Source of the DNA: Chrysomallon squamiferum
Lineage: Eukaryota; Animalia; Mollusca
Reading direction: 5' to 3'
Assembly (NCBI GenBank): GCA_012295275.1
Contig: CM022671.1
Span: 20,150,001 to 20,214,000 of the forward strand
Length of the DNA stretch: 64,000 nucleotides
Shown: positions 12,101 through 23,800 of the stretch, one piece after another
How the letters are laid out: the number at the start of each line of letters is the position of its first letter
Numbering within the stretch: position 1 is the first letter of the stretch
Notes under the pieces: model-generated
What the model was told of the DNA's origin: nothing
Databases searched by the model: none
What the model saw: only the letters and a program-made list of their open reading frames with translations
Position numbers and translations under genes: made by a program

Positions 12101-14370
12101 GATATGCAATAACTAATGCCATTGATGAAGCACCAAGCAAAATACTGAAAAAAATAAATAAATGCCACATAATTAACATCATACATATTCATCTCTATAA
12201 ACAGACTTTATTTTGTATGTTTACATTTTCAAATAATGAAGTAAGATTGCTAATAATATTACATATGCATAATGTGAGTATTTTGAAAAGTTAAAACAGA
12301 TGAATTATTAATCTTTTTCTGTATTTAAATTAAACAGTAATGTGTAAAATATTTTGTCTACAGTTAAAAGTATACAAAAAGAAAAAATTCCAATTAAAAA
12401 GACCATCATGTTTATTACCAAACTGCAAATATGTTTACCTATAGGTATTGAGCTGAAGTAGTATAGCAAGAGCCAGACTAAGCTGAGTGCCTAAAAACAC
12501 AAGAGCTTGGAAATGTGTAATTTCTCCTGAGGCTAACGGTCTCATTTTTGTCCTCTCCACCTGAAATTAATTTAAACTCTTATAATAATCATAAAACAAC
12601 AAGGCATTTGGAATATATAGGATAAGAGTAAATAAAACAAGTTACACAAAATATACAAGCAACTAACACTTTAACTGAAGTGGGTTAAATATTTGATACA
12701 CAAATTCTGTCTCCTTGATTCCCACATAAGAAATTTAGAAACAAATGAAAAACTAAATAAAAAGAATTGTCAATACTTATTTGGTTAGATGTAAATGAAC
12801 ATCTTGTTCAAATCACTTTGCAAGTTTCCAAAATGCAATGTGATATTTCATTATCCATACTTATGACATTATAAAATTTATCAGAATTTAGACAACAAAA
12901 ATTTATAAATATTTATGACAGGCTGGTATATGTTACTGGAGTATTCAGATACTGAATATTCTTTTTACAATAATTTTATGGTCCTATTCGACTGACATTT
13001 TACAATTATTTGAAAATTAAAATCACATTAACAAAATTGAATTCAAAGTATCATCAGTATTTACCTTTTTATCAAAATCTTTATCCCACATATCATTAAT
13101 GATGCAGCTTGATCCTCGCATAAAAAATGCACCAGCGAAAAAGAGGCTAAGCATATACAAGTCAGGTATATGACCAGGCTGAGCTGCTAAACCAATACTC
13201 CAAGCACATGGCCAGAACAGCAGATATGTTCCTGAAACAATATAAACAACACGTAATTGTCTATACTTTCATAATAAACAAGAAAAGAAGATTATTTTGT
13301 TTTCATTATAATTCGTATCTACTTTTGTTTTGTTCTTTTTGTTTTTTTAAATGAATAACTACTAGTGCTATACTGTGTTTCCCTATGCAGGAACAGTTGG
13401 CTGCCTGGTCTACCTTTTTTTTTTGGCTGTCCTTGTATCTGAAATTCAGAAAATATTGTCTTGAATCCATCTATACTGTTGTCTGCAAGCATCAGTTTGT
13501 CAAGCAAATGATACTTTATGGCACTAATAAACAAATACAAACAGCACTTTTTAGTGCCATCAATATTCATGACAGTTTAATTATGAGACCTTGTCAATTC
13601 TGCCCTTTTGAACACAGGTAATACGAAAAAAATAATTCCCCTTTTTCTGTCTGAGGGAAACACTAAGTTTACATATATTTTTGATTTATAACTAAGTAAC
13701 TGAATACCAGCCATAAAATTCTAATATGGAGCAAATACAAAAAAAACAATACATTTTTCAAAAGGTAGCAAATAATACATATAAAAAGAAAAGTACTTAA
13801 TTTTAAAGTGTTCAGCTTATAAACGGTAATTTAATAACTGCCCTTCACACTTACCAATAGGTTTATCAAAACGAATGAGTTTTAAGTATGGTTGCATGGA
13901 AGGTGGAGAGGCTTCTAATATTGATTTCAATGACAAGCTAAATTTCTTTGAAGAACTGTTACAAAACTCCTCAGGAGAAAGTAGAGGATGACCCAACAAC
14001 ATTTTCTTTCCAAGTGAATGATACAATCTACAGTGAGGTGAACCAGTATATTCTAAAGATGATAATGGATGATGTAGACTCTTTAGTCCAGATTTTGAAA
14101 ATTTATAAGAAAAAGATTCATTTTGAAAACTTTTATCTGGAGGTATATTAAGACTTTCTGCTAAAGTCTGATTAATGTTTTCCATAAACGGTCCAGTTCC
14201 TGTTCTAAGACTGTCCATTTTTTCAACACTGTACTTCTGGTATGACGCTGTTGAGTGCTGTCTTGTATGGACAGAAGTTATGACAGACAAGTTATCTGAG
14301 AAAAATTACATGTTTTAAGACTGGAAACAAGCCTTCCACTTTTTGAAAACATGACCGATAAATTTGTCAT
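5399..14370 (-). CDS. COQ2: 4-hydroxybenzoate polyprenyltransferase, mitochondrial (UbiA family); exons 14370-13855, 13231-13065, 12560-12439, 12144-12059, [10727-10597 OR 8159-8026], 6421-6233, 5557-5399
   Basis: Spliced translation gives [62 protein letters not shown] and [23 protein letters not shown], i.e. both Asp-rich UbiA motifs. All junctions are GT-AG and phase-consistent. The ATG at 14370 needs a 1-nt correction near 14301-14305 (see findings). Confidence 0.97.
8026..8159 (-). CDS. COQ2: COQ2 alternative exon, 'a'-type (ubiquinone isoform), 134 nt, phase 1-0
   Basis: Acceptor tgtgtatatag, donor caa|gtgagt. Translation (G)[44 protein letters not shown] has the canonical F in TFN and A in IYAHQ. 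Confidence 0.95.
10597..10727 (-). CDS. COQ2: COQ2 alternative exon, 'e'-type (rhodoquinone isoform), 131 nt, phase 1-0
   Basis: Acceptor ttttctttcag, donor cag|gtacag. Translation (G)[43 protein letters not shown] aligns end to end with exon 8026-8159; it has L in TLNW and S in IYSHQ. Confidence 0.93.
10869..11020. repeat. Imperfect tandem repeat of about 63-66 bp (about 2.5 copies) in the intron upstream of the COQ2 e-exon
   Basis: ttttattaatgcagt occurs three times (about 10870, 10932, 10998) and tgggtaaagatcagt twice. Confidence 0.8.
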
Positions 14371-14944
14371 CTTCAGTTTTTAGCTGCTGCAAGAGGCCAC
14401 CTTCAGTGTTAATCAATTTACTGATTCAGTACTAAAATACAAAATAACATATTAACATTTCAACTGCAATAAATAAAAAAACTGGCCAAATTAAAAAAAT
14501 AAACTGAGATGTGTAACTTATATTTTTAATTTTAATCTTGCATTGCATTAAATCGTAACTGTTATATATATATATATTATTATAAATAAAAATAATAATA
14601 AATTTTGGTTGCTTTTTCTTTTACGTCTTTTAATCAATATATAAAAAAATAATAATAATAATAATAAATAAATATTAGGGCCATAGATATTTATATCGAC
14701 TTGACTTTCAAGAACAAGTAAATTTCTTATTTTTCTCGATTATGATTTATTATCCAATTTATAGACTTGTAAAACTCTGGTTCCCAATTTCCTATCTTCC
14801 CCGCCCGCTCCGGACTTTGCAAGCATACGGCCTAGTCTACCACTCTGGTGAAATTAATATTATAAAAAATTATGTATACTTGATTCTTGCAAAATCAGTT
14901 AATATTTCCCAATCAAGAGATCGCAAATAATTAAATAAACATAC

Positions 14945-15050
14945 AATTAATTTATAACTTTTTTTCGCGATTCCATGTGAGGCATCCATTTCTCAAGGTC
15001 GATCGAGAGTAGTCTCCCTTCCCAGGAAAGAAAGACAACCCACGCAAATG
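14945..15050 (-). promoter_or_regulatory. Probable COQ2 promoter and non-coding first exon (donor at 14945, next acceptor at 14431)
   Basis: Local CpG-containing island between the POLR1G 3' end and the COQ2 coding start. Donor att|gtatgt at 14945; acceptor tattttag| at 14431; AAGGGAGACTACTCT motif at 15006-15020. Confidence 0.45.
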
Positions 15051-15452
15051 CATTGATAATAACTGGTGTATTCCTTTATTCAAATTCGTCAACAGTTGTC
15101 ATTCTGGAGACTTTAGTCCTTTTTTATTTATTTATTTATTTATTTTTTTATCCTGGTTTTCATAATAAAAAGAAAATATTTTTGTAATTTTTGTTTTTAA
15201 ATTCTTTCTACTTCATAAGGTTCTTATGAAAAGTACAGTAACAAGTTCCTCACTAATAATTATTCATAATAAACAGTATTAATTAGGAAATAGTCTTAAC
15301 TTCATTCATTTCCTACAAAATATCCACAGAAAAGGATGGAAAAAAGCGATAACAAATAACGAATGAGAATAAAAGAAAATTAATAAAATATAAAACAGAC
15401 ACATTTGAAACAGTAATATATTTTATTTATTTTAAATGTTTTCAGAATAAGT

Positions 15453-18400
15453 TCAGTCAGATTTCCAGTGTTTCTTCTTTTTCTTTTTTTTCTTTTTAGG
15501 AGAATCACATGTTCTTTCAATTTCATCTGTGCTAATGTCTTTTGATTTTTTATGTTTTTTCTTTGACTTGGAAGCACGAAGATGTTCTGTACTGAAGCAA
15601 ACTGGATCAGCTGTCAAAAAAGCAACAAAAAAAACCCCCATCTATTATATACAGATTAAATTAACAATTAAAATACTAAATGTACTGTATACACACTTCT
15701 TTATTAGCTGTTAAATAAAATATTATGTAAAGTTAAAATTTAATTTGTTATTTTATATTTTTCTCTCTTTGAAATAAAAGTATTATTTTATTAATAAATG
15801 AATAAATAAGTGTAACTTTATTTAACTATTTCTGTCATGTTAGTGAAAACAAAATAATAAAAAAAACCTTAAATTTTAGTAGTACTAAGGCCATGCTTTA
15901 CCTGCTCCAAATGGTGTATATCTGATATGTAACCCTTCAGGAAATGGAACTTCTTGTGATTCTGGTGGCTGTGAAAGGTTAGTTTCTACAGGAACAGTCA
16001 GTGACTCTATCACTTGAATCTGACCAACAAATGATGGACCTATAGAAACAACAGAAGCAAAATAAATTTTACGAAATATTCAATTACATCTTTAATAATA
16101 TGAAAATACAAATCAAATATCAAAATTCTCAAATTTTCTAAACATTTATTCAAATAATAAACAACAAATATCGTCTATTAAATGATGTCAAAAGATTAAA
16201 GAATAAGAAACTATGTTTTATTGTAATCTACTTTTACTTCATTCTTACCAAAGCTAGTTTAATTAATGGCTGTGATTAACTGTTACTCTGTCTACGGGAA
16301 GGAGTATATGAATGATTCCTTATTGCTAATAAGATTTTTCTCTCATATGATAACTTATCACATTATTGGAAAGAAAAAACATTGGTACATCTGAAACTGA
16401 ATGACTTTTATTATCAAAATGTCATGATGTGTTATTAAACACTGCTTTATTTATTCATTTATACCTTCTTCCAGTTCATTAGTCTCTGAATTGTGAACAA
16501 GAGATGTTAAAGCTGATGTCTGGAAAAAATTCAAAATTAATAAAATAAAAAATAAAATATAATTACAAAACAGATTTCAGATCATTTTGATAATTAGTAT
16601 GCTAATTATTAGCTATCTTCTATTTTTATAAAATTTCAAAAAAGTAAATAAAGCAGTAATTAAGCTGTCTCATTGTCAAAAACTTATTGTAAAAAAAATA
16701 AATAATGAACACATTCAAACATTATTATAAATTTTGATAAAAATTATTTTTTGTTTACAAATCATAATAATGATTAATAATTAAACTGGAATTAACCTAA
16801 TGTAATAAGTTGTAATCCAAGCCAAAAGAATATTTTGAGATGGATACTTACTAACTGATGTTTTTTATTACATATATCTATTATCATTACAAAGGATTAC
16901 AAACTATCTGTATAAACAGTACATAAAAAGGTTACTAATAAAATCAAGTTTAAAATGATTACTGCTGCACAAATTAATTAGAACAAAACACAGTTTAATT
17001 TACCTCTTTGTCCAAAAAGGAATGGACTTTATAACGTATCTGAAAGAAGGAAAAGAAATTTGAATTAAGACAAAACCGACTAGATATCTTTTCTTATCAA
17101 TACTTTTCCAATAAAGATTCAAATGATTATGGAAATTCATTATAGTGATTACATTTCTGACTATAATTGATAATAAAATATACATTGTTTTCTCAAGAAG
17201 GACTTCTTTTTAAATTTCCTTAAAATACATTTTTATCTGACTGATTTTATAGTTAATTTAATTTGGTTTGTAAGCACTAGATAATTTACAAGAGCCATAA
17301 TTAAAATATTTAAATCAGGTTTGGTGTATAAAATTTGCATATTCTGATCACAAGCAAGAATGTTAAGATCTCACTTTTTCACTGTGAAATGACTGAACAC
17401 CATTCAAAGCCAACTTCTTAGGCAGTCTGTATATAGGAAACTGAAAAAAAGAAGAAAATATTTTAATACTGAAATACATTAAAAACCATTTAAACCATTC
17501 CAAAAGACATAAAAGTATGCACCATATTCTTTTTCTACCATTTTCTTATGGAACACATACATACTCAAAGAGAATATGTATAAACTGAGGAATAAAGATA
17601 CTATTATTACATGCTTTAAATATATTAATACTATATTAAGCTACTTTTCAAAATTAATAAAAATATCAAAAAAGGTAAAATGAGTTTATATACTTACATC
17701 AGCAGGAGTTTTAATAAGAAACAGTTTGCAATGATCAGAATTGCAATCTTCTGATGTAACATATTCCACTGGACAAATGTCCTTGCTGAATGGAGCAAAC
17801 TCTTTTGGACAATTATAACTAAAAAGATAAATATTTTAGAATGTTACACAAACGTGACAAAGCCACAACAAAAAACATAAGAAATAAAATGATATAATAG
17901 AAACATCTGATAAATAACTACAGCAAAAAAAAAAATAATAATAATAATAATAGTGTTAAAACACTCTCTGTCAAGCAATGTGCCAACTAATTCCAAAAAA
18001 CATTTCTTCACCTCTTTATACTTCTAAGATTTAAAGACAAGGAAAAAGTGTTGCATTAAATTCATAAAAATCGTAGTCTCTGACAAAGGTAGTGCAGAAC
18101 ATTAAAAACTATAAGGTAATCATTACTTGCCAGCATCAGTTACTGGGGTGGAAAAATTATGTACATAATATCGACAACTTAAGTTACTTATTCAGTTTTA
18201 TTAAAAATGAAAACATATAATAATAAATTAATTTTTAAAAAAAACATTAAAAAAATCAAGAAGAAAAATAAAATAATAGCAATAATCCAAGTGCAAAGCA
18301 GATAAGTTATAACAGATGTCATGGTTCTAAATTAAATTTAATATGAAGAAAATAATTTTAAAATACCTGAGTTTTTTATTGGCCTTCGTTGGAGTTTTCA

Positions 18401-19437
18401 CTGAGGAATCTCTTCCACTAGTAGTCACTGATGGATGCTGTTTTAATTTTGTAAGTGTTGCATAAGAGTTATTCATACCTCTAGATGTTTTTGGAGTGTC
18501 ATGTAAAACTGAATGTGTATTTGTTTTTCTGGGAGTTATATGTGCTTCTGGTAAAGACCTATTGACCTTCTCTTTAATGTTCTCACTGGATGTTTCTGCC
18601 AATTCATCCATACTTGACGAATGCTCAACTTTCATTGCTTGAATAGTTGAAGATGATATGCCAGTGTCTCTTTTCTTCTTTTTGCTAGACCTTTGTGAAC
18701 TTTCGTTAGCAGGAGAAAGGACAGTGCCCTCATTATTTTTTGAATCTTCATTCTCAACAACACTTTTTTTGCAGGATGATAATTTATGTTTCTTCTTTTT
18801 TCTTGGGCTCTCAAGTGATGAACAACTGTCAGTGATGCTATTAATAATAACATTATTTACCTGTGGTAATTCATAATCTTCCACCGATTTCTTTCTTTTC
18901 TTTGACTTTGCAGAAATCATAATATCTCCTGAACCTGTTTTGAACAACACAGATTGATATGGAAGAACAGTGATATATACTTTAAAACATTATATATCTA
19001 TATAGTTAGATACATAATTACACACACACAGACTCATGGACACTGACATTTTTAAGACAAAAATTAATGGAATAATTTAGCAATATCACAATTGTTGATT
19101 AAATATTGCTTTATGTAACACTGAATTACACATTAAAAATCATTATTATTAATATTTACAAAAGAAAACAAAATTTAGTTCCTTTCAGTTTAAGTAATAT
19201 CATATTCTTCCATGACATGCACCAAATAAATACACATATACTTTCCTGCCTTCAGTTAGCTTTACTCTTTTTTTAATTACCTGCTATATTATTCTGCTCA
19301 TCATTTACTTTTTCACTAGGTGAATTCAAAATTGCTTTACTTTTACGGCTTAATTTTTCTTTCCTGATCTTTCTAGGTGTCTTTAGAGGACTAAAATTTG
19401 AAAATGTGTTTTCTTCAGCCATGGCCATGACATACAT
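15453..19437 (-). CDS. POLR1G: RNA polymerase I subunit RPA34 (A34.5/CD3EAP/PAF49) homologue; exons 19437-19281, 18934-18367, 17818-17698, 17440-17375, 17039-17004, 16519-16465, 16039-15902, 15610-15453
   Basis: In-frame spliced product contains YNCPKEF, KLFLIKTPADFPIYRLPKKLALNG, IRYKVHS, GPSFVGQIQV and VPFPEGLHIRYTPFGA. These match recalled RPA34 motifs (LWLIQAPADF, RYRV, IPPGLRPRFCAFG), and the protein ends in a Lys-rich tail. The start could be any of the in-frame ATGs at 19437, 19428 or 19422. Confidence 0.85.
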
Positions 19438-19940
19438 AGGTTTTAAGCTGAAAAAAGTAAAATAATATTAAAATGAAAATTAGTTTTAAAATGTCCAGAT
19501 TATTATTATTATTATTATTATTTTATTTTAACATTTCCATTTCCATTAGCTAACAGTAAAAGAAACTAAAAGAATCATCCCAATATGAGATAATCATAAC
19601 GATGAACGGATGATTCATTGACTGTAATGAAAAATATATTATACAAAAAAGATATGTCAGTGTAACCACATGGAAAACAATCAAGAAAATACTAACTATA
19701 TAATTATTTACAAATTTTAAACAACAGTAAAATGACATATACCTAAATATTTTTAACTTGATGAACACATGTTCAACAACGTATTTAACTTATAGACTAT
19801 CCCACCGTCATAAGGCTAAAGGTAATAACAGCAGCGTATCAAAACGTTTGATCATAGTAGAGGATGTCTGAGAAATGAGTGTAAATGTATATAGAGTATA
19901 CTGTTTGAAAAAAATTACAAAAAACATTATTAACAATTAT

Positions 19941-19944
<4 letters not shown>

Positions 19945-19992
<48 letters not shown>
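19945..19992. repeat. (GA)n microsatellite
   Basis: Direct reading. Confidence 0.97.
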
Positions 19993-19995
<3 letters not shown>

Positions 19996-20134
19996 AAATT
20001 TAGAATATATAAAAACGGGTATATAAACATGCAATTGTAATGCTATTTCGAATTACTGTGTTGTACTAAAAACTTATTTAATAATAAGTACGTGTATATT
20101 AAAGTCGTTATAATTTTAACCTTTCTGTTGAAAG

Positions 20135-20169
<35 letters not shown>

Positions 20170-20199
20170 TAAAAATTATTTCTTTTATCATTTTTCATT

Positions 20200-20397
20200 G
20201 ACTACATACTTTTGTCTATAATATGGACTCTAGAGCGACCCACAATTTATAATAGTGCCTTACATATAAGGAGGAATGACCTGTACAAGAAACAAGCTAG
20301 TGCGCAAGTGTGTCGCGGATGACGCTTATAAGCACATCCTGTTTTATGTTTTGAACTTTTATTTACAGTATTTTGACAGCTAATAACATGATAAGAA
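20200..20397. promoter_or_regulatory. Likely bidirectional promoter shared by POLR1G (-) and MDM1 (+)
   Basis: Head-to-head genes whose start codons are under 1 kb apart (19437 and 20398). CpG cluster tgcgcaagtgtgtcgcggatgacgc at about 20301-20325. Confidence 0.55.
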
Positions 20398-20750
20398 ATG
20401 CCTGTCAAATTTAAGGTGAAGATAAATTCATACATCATATTCGATATATAAAATTCATGTATATGTTTAATTTAGAAATTTGCTCTTAAGTTTTATATAT
20501 TATACGTCAAATCGATCGACATAACTATCAGCATGAGTATCAGTTCAGTGTATCAATATGAATATCATGATCAAACATGTTTAGTTTTCACCGCCAGTGT
20601 GTTTTTCTTGTAAATAATACATTTTAAAATTTATAAACTATTGAAACTACATTCATAACGGTATTGTCAAGACTGTACAACAAGCCTATAATAAAATAAA
20701 TTTGTTGAATACGTCTGTTAGTTTCAACTTCAAGATCACTTGTCTAAATT

Positions 20751-20807
<57 letters not shown>

Positions 20808-23800
20808 TACTGTTATTATTATTAGTAGTAGTATGATTTATTTATTTATTTACTTCGGAAATCGCTTAAATGATATGATATGGACCTGTAATTTGTAAAT
20901 AATTTATTATTTTTATCTTTACAAAATATTTTTTTTTAGAGTAAAATACTAAGCTTTTAACAAGCGATGATGAACGTTATTTTGCCATACTTTTCTATTA
21001 AGATACAGTTCAAATATCCAAAGAAACTTATTTTTCAAAAACCAATGACCATATAAAATTTTGTCATTGATTGCTTGGTTATAATATTATTTATTATTAA
21101 TATTATTTATGTTTATAAAATTTATACTTGTAGGGTGTTTCTGACTATAAAAGAAATTTCAAGTGGTTAGATTCATTCAGAGCAAAAAGTTTTGTTCCAA
21201 AACCAGAACAAGCTGCAAGATCAGCTGGTTTCGATTCTGTTTTGGCAGGTGGGTGTGCTTGGATCTTATTATTTTGTTGGTTATGCTCAATATACTCAAA
21301 TCTTCAAACCATAATTTTTATATCAAAGTTATTTTTGACTGATCTGTTATTTTCTAAGCTGTAGGTATAGAAAAAACTTTAGTATTCCAGATACCTTGAC
21401 TATAAATATGTCCATCTGATATTTGTTTTTACTGTGCACGTATATGTTTGTTTGATTTGTGTGTGTATATAATATACATGAACTTGACATAGGCACACAG
21501 CATCTAACATTTGTAAATAATGCTCAGTGTTTTAATGATGAAATGTGCATGTAAATGTCGTTGAATAAACTAATGATTTACTTTTTATATAGATCATAAA
21601 AAATATTTACAAATATTAATTTCCTTTTTTATTCTCTGTCTTAGCCACAACTTTTACAAAGTCTTCTCTCTATTAAGAGATTAATCACTTCAGAATGGAT
21701 TAATACAATTTTTTTACCCCTGTCACCAACCAAACTTCTATAGCAATCTGATCAGATAAACTGAAATCAAACACAAAATTAGTACTTTTTGCAACAGAAC
21801 ATTAATCCACAGTATTAATCAGTTAATGAGATTTACATTTAGTTCCATTTTAATGAGGCTTTGTACAGTTAACTGTTATTACCTAACTGTGTCCTTGGTA
21901 CTTCGTTAGAATGGCCTTGTTAATCTCCAGCTTACCTATTGTTATTGACTATTGATTGCAGAATAATTGTGAATCTTCAGCAGTGTTGTGAGCCTTACAG
22001 TAAGAGAACGCAAAATGGCAGACGTGGAATCTTTCAAAATAGGTATACAGTTATAATCTGTCATTGTTTTTATTTTTATTTTTGTAAAAATTAGTGTACA
22101 TTTAGTTGTTTAATCCAAGGAAACAGCTTGTTAACTAACAAACTTGTGTGCTTCTGTAAATGTCATTAATATTTGCTTAACTGAAAAAACATCTGTGATC
22201 CTAGCTTCAAATGCTAAAATTTGGGCATTATTGTTATTTATATTTTGAATTAATTATTGCTTCTCAATAAATTTAATAGTCTTATAAAACATCTGTTTAA
22301 TTTGTTGTGATAACATATATTTATATACTAGTTTACATGAAAATAAATAAAAGAGTCATAAAAGACATATATCAGATGGTAATTTATTTCCATTATTAAC
22401 AGTTTTGTAAGTGTTGTATGCATTTAAATTAACTAAGATGTACTTTCTTAATTAATATTCTTGCAGGCTATGTAAATACAATTATTCTCAGGAATCCTTC
22501 ATTTAAATTTTAGTGTTTTTGTTGTTTTTCAGATTTGTCTTACTGTGCTAATTTATATTAAGAATTTTCTTCTTTTATTTTCTTTATTTCTTTATTTAAT
22601 TTTTTTAATTTTTTCTAAATTATAAAAACAATACCAAAAAAATATCATAGACACATGAACTCTCTATCATTAATGTGAATCTTGTTAATAAAAACATATA
22701 GCCAAACTTCATTTTGTATTATTTTTGTATTTTTTTAAATTTATTTGTGGCAACATTTTTGTACTGATTATAAAATACAGCACTGTTCTGAGAAAGAATG
22801 AAGACAGAATATATATTTAAAAAAAACAAACAAACAAAATAAATAAATAAAAATAAAATACCTGATATTAATAGGCTCAGTAAATCATTGCAGACTCATG
22901 TCATCAGTTCATAATAGAAGATAAAATATTGACATCCACAGAAGCTTGTTATTTTATTGTCAGATTTGATTCAGTAATTCGCTTAAATAAACTAACCTTA
23001 ATGTAGAAACATATTTGTAAAACATCATTTACATATAGCAATAAAATGCACTTTGTGAATAATATTCATTCACTGTTGGTCATAGAACTGAAAGATCAGT
23101 AATTAGTAATACAGTAGATGTAATCACCAACTAGTTAAATTAGTGTATGCCTGTTGCAGTTCAAAAACATATTTATGAAATAATTTTGTTACTATTTTAG
23201 TTACCTTTTTGTTATTTATAATTCCTTATTCATTGTTTTTAATTTTGTTCTTTTAAATAATTTTATTAAGCTCTTTGATTACACATCTTTATATGTTTAA
23301 ATATATATATATTTGTATGTATCTGTATATTTGAATTCATATTTATCCTAGTTGAGTTTATTATTATGTTAATGTTACTGGAGAACATAGTTTGACAACA
23401 TTGACTTAGATATGGTCTTTGTTAAATGATATTATTTGTTTTGAAATTACACATTTTTAAAAATAAAGTGTTCATGTATCAAATGCACAAAAATAATTCG
23501 ATGCTGATCTGAAATAATATTAAAACAATCAAAGCACATATAGGTGTATGGTTTAGATAATTTCTGTAATTTATTTTTTATGTAATGAAATGTATTTATG
23601 TGAAAGAGAGAAAAAAACAATTCTTATGTATTTCTGTCAGTTTGTATGGATAAAATTCAATTTGAAACAAATTTTTCCTTGTACTTTAAGAAACTGTATC
23701 TAGTTATGCCTGATGATTTACCTACATCAAATTTCTTTCTAGCCAATACATTTGAGCCTCCTCTGCAGCGGAAGAAGCGTGTCACTGGTCCCCCAGTCTC

